From IMG/VR virus record IMGVR_UViG_3300005253_000011, positions 1-64,000 of that record: DNA of 64,000 nucleotides. One strand, written 5' to 3'. Below are positions 50,274 to 59,717 of the stretch, piece by piece. The stretch is from a virus. Below the pieces are notes generated by a model. It searched no databases. It saw only the letters and a program-made list of their open reading frames with translations, and was not told where the DNA came from. A program made the position numbers and the translations under genes. Within the stretch, counting starts at the first letter, position 1. Every line of letters starts with the position of its first letter.

Positions 50274-50299
50274 CGACGTTTAACCAAACTATATCAATT

Positions 50300-50545
50300 A
50301 TGGAAACTCCAAATTTACATGCATTAAAATGCCATTATTTAGGCCCGACTGGTTACAAATCAGCACGTATCAGCATTCAATCATTACGTTTCAGGCAGAG
50401 AATAGTGATCCCTCAAATTTCTGATAATAATTGGGCTGATTCAATTAAGTATTTAAAAGAGCGCGGTTTCAATATTATTGGACAAGCTGAATATCCCGGC
50501 AAAGGCTGGCTGCTTCTGTCTGATACGTTTGAACCATTGAAGTAA
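50300..50545 (+). CDS. early hypothetical protein
   Basis: Start reassigned to METPNLHAL; YLGPT..K.ARI motif. Confidence 0.65.
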   Translation: METPNLHALKCHYLGPTGYKSARISIQSLRFRQRIVIPQISDNNWADSIKYLKERGFNIIGQAEYPGKGWLLLSDTFEPLK

Positions 50546-50587
50546 GCCTGTATGGTATCTGGGACAGTTCGAATCTGTCCCCAGGCA
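50546..50587 (+). ncRNA. mini-tRNA-like intergenic element 5
   Basis: GCCTG-TATGGTA-TCT-GGGACAG-TTCGAAT-CTGTCCC-CAGGC-A. Confidence 0.85.
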
Positions 50588-50626
50588 CAATTATTCCTTA
50601 TTATTTGTACCTAACATTTTAGTAAC

Positions 50627-50848
50627 ATGAAACTATTACAAAAGAGATTGATGGAGGCGTTGGAAATATGCGCTGAGAATCACAGTACAAAATTGACCCT
50701 GAATCACCTGATGGGTAAAGATTCTGTACCGAGCGCACAGCCGCTGGTGATCCATAATTGTGTACCTGCTGTTATTGATAAACTTAAAACAGCTGGATTT
50801 ATGCTTGGCATGAGTGAATATGGAATGACAGTTGATCACCTGGGATAG
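50627..50848 (+). CDS. early hypothetical protein
   Basis: 73 aa. Confidence 0.65.
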   Translation: MKLLQKRLMEALEICAENHSTKLTLNHLMGKDSVPSAQPLVIHNCVPAVIDKLKTAGFMLGMSEYGMTVDHLG

Positions 50849-50851
50849 TAA

Positions 50852-50895
50852 AACCCGTATGGTATCCGCAGGGGTTCGATTCCCCTGCCAGATGC
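50852..50895 (+). ncRNA. mini-tRNA-like intergenic element 6 (outer stem divergent)
   Basis: AACCCG-TATGGTA-TCC-GCAGGGG-TTCGATT-CCCCTGC. Confidence 0.65.
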
Positions 50896-51011
50896 AATTT
50901 GGCTAATTAGGGTGATACCTAGCATCCACTCACATTGAGATCGTTCGTTAGGAGCGTCCCTGTGAAGCCGAATTTTCCTAAATTAATAGTTTTAACCAAA
51001 AAACAGTAAAA

Positions 51012-51224
51012 ATGGCAAAAAGAAGGATTATTAACAGTAGAAGGGTCGCCCGGGGCGCAAAGTTCGGTGGTGGATCAAGTTCAAAGTATGCTGAAAAGAT
51101 CGCGCAACAAAAGCACGGCAGATACAGTGAAAATTCACCGATGAGTGTTCATGACGGTGGAATTGGCCTGAGTGTGAACGAAACGAACAGGCGTAGGTTT
51201 GACTCTCATAAAAAGGAGGACTAA
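51012..51224 (+). CDS. small basic early protein
   Basis: 70 aa, R/K/G-rich. Confidence 0.6.
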   Translation: MAKRRIINSRRVARGAKFGGGSSSKYAEKIAQQKHGRYSENSPMSVHDGGIGLSVNETNRRRFDSHKKED

Positions 51225-51307
51225 TCAATGACTGTATGTATATTCGCTGGAATTTTTATAGCTGCTTATTTATTGATAAGCGCAGTTTTTAGTATCTTTG
51301 AAGGATA

Positions 51308-51350
51308 GCCTGTATGGTACAGGGGTGTGGTTCGAATCCACACCCAGGCA
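51308..51350 (+). ncRNA. mini-tRNA-like intergenic element 7
   Basis: GCCTG-TATGGTA-CAGG-GGTGTGG-TTCGAAT-CCACACC-CAGGC-A; begins in the TAG of a 26-aa hydrophobic ORF (51228-51308). Confidence 0.85.
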
Positions 51351-51380
51351 CGAATTTTAATTTAAAATTGGAGGTAAATT

Positions 51381-51620
51381 ATGACACGTAAAATTAAAGA
51401 GATTGCAGCAGAAATCCGTAAGGACTGGAAGAAAGTCAGTATTCATGCTGAACCCTACCTGGGTGCTATGGAGGTCATTGAATCCGCAGATAATGAGTAT
51501 TATTGGGATTCTGCCGCTTCAGTCACTCGTTATTTCTTGAGTAATGCTACCACCTGGAAAGGTGAGGTCGCTCGCCGGATCAAGAAGGAACTGAATGAAA
51601 TGATAGAGGGGATCTATTAA
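51381..51620 (+). CDS. phage hypothetical protein
   Basis: IA.EIR.DW..V...A.PYL.AM......Y..DSA..V..YFL.NA.TW.GE.ARRIK.EL resembles a phage family I recall but cannot name. Confidence 0.7.
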   Translation: MTRKIKEIAAEIRKDWKKVSIHAEPYLGAMEVIESADNEYYWDSAASVTRYFLSNATTWKGEVARRIKKELNEMIEGIY

Positions 51621-52534
51621 TGGATTGGGTAGAATTTGTTATTCAAAACTGGGCTATGCTGGATCTTAGATTCAGATGGTCTAAACCCAAGCATCCCAGG
51701 TATGACTGGAGAGGAGAGTATATCCACCATATGAATAGATGGCCGGGTTACGAAAGAAACAGACTCTACATTCCTATTTCGTTCATGTCTGATGCCGGTT
51801 ACATTGACTTGATCAAGAAATCATTTCATGTGACCAGTGATATTGAAGGGTCGAAAGCCAAACTTAAAGAGGTATTTGATTACCTCACTGAACACGCTGG
51901 ATAATATTTAGGCGGTTCGATATAGTTTTATTAATCTTTAAAAACAAATGCGTATGAGAAAAGTAATTTTTAGTAAATCATCAGAAACAGTTATCCATGT
52001 CGATGATATTGGTAACTACAGTATCACTGGTTTTGAGAGTAAGGACGGCACCCTAAAGGGTGTACTGGTACTTATTGACAACAGCGTAATCGGAGTAACT
52101 TTGGTGAAGGGGGAGCCAGACACGGATCACACTATGCCAGGGCGTCATCCGTACATTAACGGCGGTGTTCAGATTCCTGCTTTTATAAGGGAACTACAAA
52201 ATGAATTTGATTTCTTTGTATTTCAAAGCATGGCTGAATTCTTTGACTGGATCGCTGGATAATGGGACGCGAGAAGAAATCTAATGAAGAGCTGGGTTAC
52301 ACTATCCCAGTTATGCGGAGACTTGAGAAGGGTAGATATGCTTCTGCCTTTGCTAAGTCTCTTGAGCCAGATAAGAATGGACAGATTAAAGTGAGAACTT
52401 CCGATCTACGAAGTACTAGCTGGTTAGGTACATCGGTCATTCACGTGCCCGAAGGATTCGAAATTAAGGAACCGCCAGCACCAAAAGGCAAGGATGAGGC
52501 TGGCCGGTATTTTAGTGGATCAGATCCCATTTAA
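51620..52534 (+). CDS. three early hypothetical ORFs (51620-51904, 51948-52262, 52262-52534)
   Basis: Coupled or closely spaced ORFs with AT-rich leaders. Confidence 0.6.
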
Positions 52535-52577
52535 CCCTGTATGGTACTATGGTCAGGTCCGACTCCTGACCAGGGTT
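52533..52577 (+). ncRNA. mini-tRNA-like intergenic element 8
   Basis: AACCCTG-TATGGTA-CTATG-GTCAGG-TCCGACT-CCTGAC-CAGGGTT. Confidence 0.8.
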
Positions 52578-52613
52578 CAATTGAGTAATGTTGCTCAATT
52601 TAAACTGTTTTAT

Positions 52614-52844
52614 ATGGTATATATGACAGCGGAAGAAGCTCTCGCCCTAATGGAGAGCGCAGTAGACGTATATCAGTGGAACCAGTTCCGGAGACTGATT
52701 ACGTACAATCTCAATCCCGAATCAATAGAGTCTTTCCTGGGACTTATTGATCACACGGGCATGATCAGGAAAGTAGCCCGAGCCAACAAGTGGCCGAAGG
52801 TGTATACGTATTCTTATGGATGGATTTTAAATAAAAATGAGTAG
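52614..52844 (+). CDS. hypothetical protein
   Basis: Start reassigned to downstream of element 8. Confidence 0.55.
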   Translation: MVYMTAEEALALMESAVDVYQWNQFRRLITYNLNPESIESFLGLIDHTGMIRKVARANKWPKVYTYSYGWILNKNE

Positions 52845-53382
52845 TATGGAAGAAATTCAAAAACAAATCAATGCTTTCTTAGAGAGGGCAGAAATCATTA
52901 AAGCGGACATGCGCATGCATGTACCAGGTGCATTGATTGTAAACCAGGTAAATCAGAGTCTTATATTTGTAAGTCCCAAGGGGAGTTACATTTATGAGAT
53001 GGACTATGTTGACAACTTTGTGAACAGAGCCGCTGGTATCCCTGAGGGTCAGTTATTGTGGCAGGATTATTTATTGAAGTCGACCCGGGAATGTCGCCGG
53101 GAAGAAGATCCGGAGTTATTCCTGGAGATCCTGAAGCTGAGTATGAAAACCACACAACACAAGGCGTTTGACATCTATGCCGATGGTAAACATCTCAAGC
53201 GAGTCTTGACTTGGCGTAGAGCTTTGAACGTTGTCTATGCGCTCAAACGGATATGTAAAGACCCGATGGATCTAAGATATCGATCATTCAGGTATATCAA
53301 AAAGATCTGGATCGTCGATTCGGCAGGCAATACAACTTACTTCATTTTTGACCCAAAGGATGCTGTTTACAATCCCTGCTAA
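52837..53382 (+). CDS. hypothetical protein
   Basis: 181 aa. Confidence 0.6.
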   Translation: MSSMEEIQKQINAFLERAEIIKADMRMHVPGALIVNQVNQSLIFVSPKGSYIYEMDYVDNFVNRAAGIPEGQLLWQDYLLKSTRECRREEDPELFLEILKLSMKTTQHKAFDIYADGKHLKRVLTWRRALNVVYALKRICKDPMDLRYRSFRYIKKIWIVDSAGNTTYFIFDPKDAVYNPC

Positions 53383-53425
53383 TATGAAAAATTTTAATTT
53401 AACCTCTCAATAAAACAAAACAAGT

Positions 53426-53902
53426 ATGAAGAAAATGAAAAATTTATTAGTTACACTAGGAATAGTGCTGTTGATTTTTGGTGCTTGTCTATTATCCAGT
53501 TGTACGGTAATAACAAAAATACCGGGATATGAATCATTAACAGGTCTGGACTTTAGACCTTACACTGAACAAGGATTTCTAATAACACCGTATGAATATG
53601 GTGGAGAATATTCAACTATATCAATGATTAATTATGAAGTTATGCCTTCAGCCAGACTTCCACAAACTACATATTCCAATGCACCAAGTGGAATAGTTAC
53701 AACTCGTAGTGGGGATTGGGTTATTGATGAATTGGATGTTCAAATAGCTTTAGATAGTATATTTGAAATTTGTATTAATCAAGGAGCAAATGCGTTAGTT
53801 GATCTTGAAGTTACAGGTATTTCTAAGGGATACATGAATATTGCAAAACCTGTTACTATATATGGAATTCGAATTACAGGGTTAGCTATTGAAAGGAAAT
53901 AA
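53426..53902 (+). CDS. lipoprotein (YbjQ/heavy-metal-binding-like C-terminus)
   Basis: Lipobox LSSC; GANALVDL...ITGLAIERK. Confidence 0.6.
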   Translation: MKKMKNLLVTLGIVLLIFGACLLSSCTVITKIPGYESLTGLDFRPYTEQGFLITPYEYGGEYSTISMINYEVMPSARLPQTTYSNAPSGIVTTRSGDWVIDELDVQIALDSIFEICINQGANALVDLEVTGISKGYMNIAKPVTIYGIRITGLAIERK

Positions 53903-53933
53903 GTTATTGAGTGCCCGCAAGGGTAACACAACC

Positions 53934-53979
53934 AAACAAAAAAAGGGCACCTGGTTATCCGGGTGCCCTTTTTTTGTTT
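53934..53979. terminator. bidirectional intrinsic terminator
   Basis: AAAAAAAGGGCACCTGG-TTAT-CCGGGTGCCCTTTTTTT between convergent blocks. Confidence 0.9.
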
Positions 53980-54422
53980 ATGGTAACGGGAACAACCAGT
54001 TGGCCTGGGGTGACCTTGTATTCATAAATCCGTTCACTGACAAGAAGCATATCTAATTTATTTTGTTTGGTTTGCTTTTGAGTTTTCATCTTACCGATGA
54101 CGGTATCAATAACCGACATCGCCATATCATTCTCAATCAGAACGCTATAAATATTAACTTCTCCAGGGCTATTGAATAGCTTGGAATACCCCATCATACG
54201 CGGCTCAGCATTGGGGTCATCTTCTGGGTCAGGGGGAGCGGGCATGTACTGTAGTGTGGGAGCATATTCAAAGTCGAACTCTTCTAGGGCCATTTCAACA
54301 TGCCCGGTTTTGCTATTGATAAGCTTGCCTGCAAATTTAGTCAAAGACTCGACTTTGCTGTCTAGAATTTCTATCTCCTTGACCAATCCTGCGATTTCTT
54401 TCGCTACTGTGAAGTTTCTCAT
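53955..54422 (-). CDS. hypothetical protein
   Basis: Start at MRNFTV, downstream of the promoter TTTG-N20-TATCTTTG (54472-54441). Confidence 0.6.
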   Translation of the reverse strand: MRNFTVAKEIAGLVKEIEILDSKVESLTKFAGKLINSKTGHVEMALEEFDFEYAPTLQYMPAPPDPEDDPNAEPRMMGYSKLFNSPGEVNIYSVLIENDMAMSVIDTVIGKMKTQKQTKQNKLDMLLVSERIYEYKVTPGQLVVPVTINKKRAPG

Positions 54423-54473
54423 GTGTGTGATATTTATATACAAAGATAACGAAAAAAAGCCACCGGGTCAAAT

Positions 54474-55013
54474 TTATAATTTTAAATGTGAACACGATTG
54501 TTTTAACCAATCCAAATATTCATCATAAGTACGACTACGTTTAGCATAATTGCAATCCATACAACATGGTACCACATTCGCAAGGGTATACCCTTTAGTA
54601 TCATCTACTCTGTCTATCCCGTTGTAAGTGTATGAACCGTTAGCACCAAGAGGGAAATATGTATTTGAGGGCGAACAACCGCAATAATGACAATTTCCTT
54701 TATGAATAGCTATAATCTGTTCATCGGTTAAAGCTGATTCATGATTTCTTCGTTTAGCATCCATCTTATGATTATGTATTACCTTATTTCGAGCTGCTAC
54801 CCCTTCAGGGAGTCGCCGCCGTTTACTACGCAACTCTTTAGCTAAACAACCACAACTGTTAGTAGTGCCCCTTTTAAGATTATTACCTATAACTACTATC
54901 TCATTCCCACAATCACATTTACATAACCAATACGATTTCTCTTTATCAGTATGTGAAAACTCAATCACAGTAAGCCTCCCAAACTTCTGCCCTATTAATT
55001 CTAGTCGTTTCAA
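54474..55013 (-). CDS. Cys-rich HNH-type homing endonuclease
   Basis: Close paralog of 21156..21698. Confidence 0.8.
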   Translation of the reverse strand: MKRLELIGQKFGRLTVIEFSHTDKEKSYWLCKCDCGNEIVVIGNNLKRGTTNSCGCLAKELRSKRRRLPEGVAARNKVIHNHKMDAKRRNHESALTDEQIIAIHKGNCHYCGCSPSNTYFPLGANGSYTYNGIDRVDDTKGYTLANVVPCCMDCNYAKRSRTYDEYLDWLKQSCSHLKL

Positions 55014-56428
55014 TATATGATAATTAGGTCTCTGCGTGGGCGAGTGCAGGCAGTGTAAAGTATCCTGTTTTTCTCGTATGTGTCACGGTTCTTTTCAATG
55101 TCGTCTTCCATCACGACCGCAATATTATAAGTCGACCCCTGGGATTTGTGGCACGTGATTGCGTAAGAATATCTCACCCAGAAAAATGTCCGCTTGAATT
55201 CGTAGAAGTCCATCCACGCGGATCTCGCCTGAAATGATCCCGATGGTAAACTCTTGGCATAGTTGGCCTGCCGCTGGAGTAGATCATTATACTTCTTCTC
55301 TGAGTCCTCATGAATCAGCTTAACTATGAACTCAGTCCATCCTTCATCATCCCTGAATATATTCACATGGGCATTATAATACTTAAATGGTGTACCATCC
55401 TCATCCCAATCCTTTATTTCATAATCCATGATCTCCATCTCTTCACTGTTATGCACCATCACAACCTTATCCTCCATCAATGGCTCCATCGCAATCAATC
55501 TCTCACCTGGGAGATACTTAGCCAAATCCTTTTGCTGGTAAATATGGTGCCGGATCATCGCATTATATGTGTCCACAGTCGCGTTCCTCCAGGCCAGGAT
55601 TTTCACATGGTCATTATCTCGTTGAAATGCCTCACTGGTATATTCAGGTAAAATTTCAGTTATGATGAATCTATCCTTATCAGATCGGGGTACAAATTGT
55701 ATACTCCCCTGCTTGGTCATGTTACCCTTCTTGATGGGAACAGGATCAGGCCGGTATATCATTTCCCGGATCTTGAATGAATAATCAATGATGGGATTGC
55801 CCTCAGCTTGCCTGATGATAGTGTCCATCTTTGTATAGCCTATATCATCCTCTCTTCTGTAATCTCTGTTAAATGGAATTGAGTCAGGTTTGTTAACCGG
55901 GGGGATTTGTAGTGAGTCACCGACAAACAAAACTTTAAGGCCACGAGAAGCGTATATTCTGATCTCTTCGTATAGCCCATCATCTAACATGCTTGTCTCG
56001 TCCACTATAAGGAACTGAATCTTATCAAGTTTGCACGGTAGAAACTTATCCTTAACGAATGAGATGATCCCATGCCCGTCAATATGCTCTTTTAATCCTA
56101 GCGCACTGTGGATAGTAGCAAAATTTACCCGGGAATCATGGACATGCTGCCTGATAACTTTGACCGCTTTGTGAGTTGGTGCCGTGACCAAGATCTCTCG
56201 CTTGGTGACATCTCCAATATACTGGATCACCACATTCATGAGATAAGTCTTCCCGCTGCCGGCTACCCCGTCCAGGAGGAACATGCCCCCGACTGGTTGA
56301 TCAACGAAGATCTTTATGGCATCAAATGCATCAGGCTGATCCCCCTTCAGACCATCCTTGTAATTAATATCACACTTTGCAATTTGCGCAGCGGTCTTCC
56401 CGTCGAATATTCTGTCTATCGAGCTCAT
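55010..56428 (-). CDS. Dda/RecD-like SF1B DNA helicase
   Basis: GVAGSGKT, TAPTHKA, IVDETSM, GDSLQIPPV, YAITCHKSQGSTY, LYTACTR. Confidence 0.92.
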   Translation of the reverse strand: MSSIDRIFDGKTAAQIAKCDINYKDGLKGDQPDAFDAIKIFVDQPVGGMFLLDGVAGSGKTYLMNVVIQYIGDVTKREILVTAPTHKAVKVIRQHVHDSRVNFATIHSALGLKEHIDGHGIISFVKDKFLPCKLDKIQFLIVDETSMLDDGLYEEIRIYASRGLKVLFVGDSLQIPPVNKPDSIPFNRDYRREDDIGYTKMDTIIRQAEGNPIIDYSFKIREMIYRPDPVPIKKGNMTKQGSIQFVPRSDKDRFIITEILPEYTSEAFQRDNDHVKILAWRNATVDTYNAMIRHHIYQQKDLAKYLPGERLIAMEPLMEDKVVMVHNSEEMEIMDYEIKDWDEDGTPFKYYNAHVNIFRDDEGWTEFIVKLIHEDSEKKYNDLLQRQANYAKSLPSGSFQARSAWMDFYEFKRTFFWVRYSYAITCHKSQGSTYNIAVVMEDDIEKNRDTYEKNRILYTACTRPRRDLIIIY

Positions 56429-56882
56429 TGTTGATTTTGTCTTTAAAATACGGATTAACTAATTTTGAATAGGCATCTGCGGCCCTGTTCTGCTTCCTGG
56501 ATACCCACTCAATATCAAACCACAAATCGTGGGCTTGCTTCTCCAAAGCCCTGTATTCAGCATAATAATATTTCAGAGAGTTCTTTCTAACCTGCATCTT
56601 GCCATTAGCCTGTCCGGCTACCAGGGCGCTATCTGTGTAGATCTGATACTGGGTATGTGGATTAGGCTTCTCCCTGGAATGCTTAATCATCAACTCCATG
56701 CCAGCCAGAAGGGCCAGCCATTCAGCGGTGTTGTTAGTACCAGCCCTGTCCCATCCCGTTTTTGTCTCAATCACCTCAGTCATAAGAGGATCAAACTTCT
56801 TTGAGAGGACAGCGGCATAACCTACCGTATTGTGATCCGGGTGATTGTAACATGACCCGTCACAGTGGATATAGATTGTCAT
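56370..56882 (-). CDS. rnhA: ribonuclease HI
   Basis: IHCDGSC, TNNTAEW.AL, YTDS.LV, WVSRKQNRAAD. Confidence 0.9.
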   Translation of the reverse strand: MTIYIHCDGSCYNHPDHNTVGYAAVLSKKFDPLMTEVIETKTGWDRAGTNNTAEWLALLAGMELMIKHSREKPNPHTQYQIYTDSALVAGQANGKMQVRKNSLKYYYAEYRALEKQAHDLWFDIEWVSRKQNRAADAYSKLVNPYFKDKINNELDRQNIRREDRCANCKV

Positions 56883-57607
56883 TTCCGGTAGTTTAAAATG
56901 GCCTGGGTCCCGAGCATTATGATAGCACCTTCTAATCTATGCCACCAAGGGCGTTTATAGAATGGTGGTTTGTTCTGTATTGTTACATTATGCATCTTTA
57001 CAGTGCGGACATATGGGTTAGCGTCTTCTATCGTTACTACAGGCCTAAGAGGCTTGAATAATCCCGTCTTCTGGTACCCTAAGAATATGGTACTTTCCTG
57101 TTTAATTGTAAGATCCAGGATACCGACTGTGGCACCGTACACTATTCCATTCAATGATATCCACTCGCTAGAGTAGGTGAACGTGGATGGAACCTTTAGG
57201 TATGTACCCTCAGCAATATCGGGGCAGTCAACTGAGTCAACCGTCACAATATTGGGCGTATCTACCTCTGCTATCAACTCTTCATAGAATACGATTTGAT
57301 TCTCCAGCTTGATAATATGATCAATTTGCTTCAGATTCTTATTTTTCAGGTCCTCCTTCTCGATGATACCTGCAGCTATAGCATTCTCCAGGGAAGCTAC
57401 CTTCTGATCCTGGATATAGATTTCCTGACCCTGGTCTGTGACTATCACCTCAAAGTGATTGATAGTATCAGATAACAGTTCCTGCAATTGGGCATGTCCA
57501 GCTTTGGCTTCTCTCAATTGTATCCAAAAATACATTGCCAATACAATGACGATACCAAATATGATATACTTTATATTGCTAATTATTGCTTTTTTGTCTC
57601 GGTTCAT
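56879..57607 (-). CDS. spanin-like / lysis-associated membrane protein
   Basis: N-terminal TM plus coiled coil, directly after the amidase. Confidence 0.5.
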   Translation of the reverse strand: MNRDKKAIISNIKYIIFGIVIVLAMYFWIQLREAKAGHAQLQELLSDTINHFEVIVTDQGQEIYIQDQKVASLENAIAAGIIEKEDLKNKNLKQIDHIIKLENQIVFYEELIAEVDTPNIVTVDSVDCPDIAEGTYLKVPSTFTYSSEWISLNGIVYGATVGILDLTIKQESTIFLGYQKTGLFKPLRPVVTIEDANPYVRTVKMHNVTIQNKPPFYKRPWWHRLEGAIIMLGTQAILNYRK

Positions 57608-58317
57608 GATGCTTTCTTTAAAAGATTCTTACGTATCACAGTCTCATGTGTCTCTCTGAATGCCTGTACAATCAGGCTCATGTTACTCAGTGTTAGCATG
57701 TTTACACACTCTGCATAGTTGGTATAGAATCCTACTTCAGTTAGCATAGCAGACATATGTGTCCTAACTAACACAGTAAATTTGGCTTCTTTGTCCGGAT
57801 CTCCATCTCCCAGGCCTGGGCGCATCTTCCAACCAAGTAATTCTTCCAGTTTATAGAACATTTCAGTGGCTATAGGATCGCTTAAAGTCTGTCCTGGTGA
57901 GGTATACACCTCTATGCCGTTAACTGACTCAACGCCGAAGGCATTGCCATGAATAGAATGATAATAGGTCTTAATGCCACGCTTCCGTACCTTCGCATTG
58001 AAATGATTGGCACGGATACAGCGTTCAGTCCTGCCGTAATCCTTATGACCTGGTGTTACCATGTAGTATCCTAGGTTGTTTGCGTATAGATCTGCAGCAT
58101 ATAGCCAGGCAACAACCCGTGTCCATAATCCCTCATAAAATACCATGGGACCATGGTCATACATTTTCCTGGGCGCGGTGACGTATTCACCATTGATGAT
58201 ACCACCGTGTCCAGCGTCGATTAACTCTACTACTTTCGAGTTAATCGGTATCGATTCAAGCGGAGTATGCTCCTTCAGGTAATCGATAGTGTCGATTAAA
58301 GTCTGTGTATTCAACAT
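57604..58317 (-). CDS. N-acetylmuramoyl-L-alanine amidase (Amidase_3 endolysin)
   Basis: IDAGHGG, SIHGNA, GIEVY, LTEVGF.TN. Confidence 0.9.
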   Translation of the reverse strand: MLNTQTLIDTIDYLKEHTPLESIPINSKVVELIDAGHGGIINGEYVTAPRKMYDHGPMVFYEGLWTRVVAWLYAADLYANNLGYYMVTPGHKDYGRTERCIRANHFNAKVRKRGIKTYYHSIHGNAFGVESVNGIEVYTSPGQTLSDPIATEMFYKLEELLGWKMRPGLGDGDPDKEAKFTVLVRTHMSAMLTEVGFYTNYAECVNMLTLSNMSLIVQAFRETHETVIRKNLLKKAS

Positions 58318-58822
58318 TTTTAAATAAGTTTATTGAGTCTACACCTACAATACCAGATCCTCTGGCTATTATAAGTATGTTATTAACAATGAGATAAGAT
58401 AACAGCGTTGGTGTTTGTACCAAGAATATAGAGTACTTGGTTCTTGGTATGTCACCAGTCTGCCGTAACATAAGTATTGGAAGCCGCTCTGCTCTAAGGC
58501 TATCACGTTTTACCTGCTCCCAAATTGTGTAAATATTTGAGTTTTTGCGTAAGTCGTAAGTTATATGTACCTTTGCTAAGTCCTTTGTCTCTACCACGTA
58601 TGGGAAGTCAAAGGAGGGATCTGTAGATAGTACATCCCCACATATATTCATCACGTTTTGCCATCTTAACGAGCCGGACCCTGGAATGCGAGCAAACTCG
58701 CTCCCGGTCCAGCTCGTTAATAGTTTACAGACATAGCGTTCATTGCTATTGCCTTTTTTTTTCTGATTGATAGGTTGCACGTAGCCCCCACCAAATAAAT
58801 CTTCCTTCATTCCCATCATCAT
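58256..58822 (-). CDS. Holliday junction resolvase (PD-(D/E)XK)
   Basis: KKGNSNER.VCK.L..W...FARIPGSG...GD......VETK. Confidence 0.75.
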   Translation of the reverse strand: MMMGMKEDLFGGGYVQPINQKKKGNSNERYVCKLLTSWTGSEFARIPGSGSLRWQNVMNICGDVLSTDPSFDFPYVVETKDLAKVHITYDLRKNSNIYTIWEQVKRDSLRAERLPILMLRQTGDIPRTKYSIFLVQTPTLLSYLIVNNILIIARGSGIVGVDSINLFKNVEYTDFNRHYRLPEGAYSA

Positions 58823-58825
58823 ACT

Positions 58826-59716
58826 TTATTTAGTTCCGTGTAATAATATTTTCAAAGCTTCTTCATACGTAATTCCGTTATTTTTAATGTTCATCATTTG
58901 GTTATATCTTTTCGGCTCCCTTTCCTTTAATCTTTCAAATCGGGTTTTGTCAAACATAATTCCAAATCCACAATAAGCACATCCTGTATAGCTTTCTCCT
59001 TTATCATAGATGTCACAATATCTTACATTATTTTGTTTTATGAATTCCCAAATATTTTCCTTTGTCCAAATTGATAAAGGCGAGCATGTATGCTTAATAA
59101 TATTTATACAACCAGTTTGAAGATATGCATATCTTCTGGTAAAAGAATCAGTCGCCATCGTACCTACTAACATCCCATTTTTCCGAAAGGGGCGTAGAGG
59201 ATTTATTTTTAGAATATCACAACATTTATTAGTAACATCAAATGGAACATCTATCAAATATCGATATTTTTTAGGTAATTTAAAGTATTTGCTTTTCGTT
59301 CCATCCCTTTTAATACCTGTGAGATATAATTTTCTTGAAGCTTCATTATGTGGTCCCGGATCACGAAGTGTTGCTATCATCTTAGCTACTTTTTTACTGA
59401 TCAGTGGAAATCCATATTTATTCACAGTCTTAATAAAGGTTGTGTTTGGATGGACTATCTCTATATTCTCAATGGTTTTAACAAATCTTAAAATTTCAGA
59501 AAATTCATTAGTGGTATTTGAAAACACAGGGATTTTGTCTTTATCTATTATTTTAACAAGATGCAGCATTACCGTACTATCCACTCCACCAGAAAATGAG
59601 ATTTTACTATCCGGATACATTGCATGAAAAGAATCAATAATATACAAAGAATGATCTATTTTTTGATTCAAAGTCCAATTAATTTTGTCATTCAGTTCTT
59701 TTGATGATATTTTCAT
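58826..59716 (-). CDS. PAPS-reductase-family (PP-loop) protein
   Basis: SFSGGVDSTV, CCDILK.NP, PLSIWT, TGCAYCGFG; start taken at MKISSKEL. Confidence 0.85.
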   Translation of the reverse strand: MKISSKELNDKINWTLNQKIDHSLYIIDSFHAMYPDSKISFSGGVDSTVMLHLVKIIDKDKIPVFSNTTNEFSEILRFVKTIENIEIVHPNTTFIKTVNKYGFPLISKKVAKMIATLRDPGPHNEASRKLYLTGIKRDGTKSKYFKLPKKYRYLIDVPFDVTNKCCDILKINPLRPFRKNGMLVGTMATDSFTRRYAYLQTGCINIIKHTCSPLSIWTKENIWEFIKQNNVRYCDIYDKGESYTGCAYCGFGIMFDKTRFERLKEREPKRYNQMMNIKNNGITYEEALKILLHGTK

Positions 59717-59717
59717 T

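Noticed and set aside
51909-51925. Possible additional mini-tRNA element (GGCGGTTCGATAT)
   Set aside because: It has a T-loop-like word but no complementary stem and no TATGGTA linker.
49119-52577. CRISPR array or integron attC array as the explanation of the repeated early elements
   Set aside because: The spacers are 200-1200 bp of coding sequence, and the repeats conserve structure rather than sequence. There is no cas gene or tyrosine integrase in the window and no consistent RYYYAAC/GTTRRRY ends.
49119-52577. The elements as intrinsic terminators
   Set aside because: No U-tract directly follows the stems, and terminators would not need a conserved T-loop or the TATGGTA linker.
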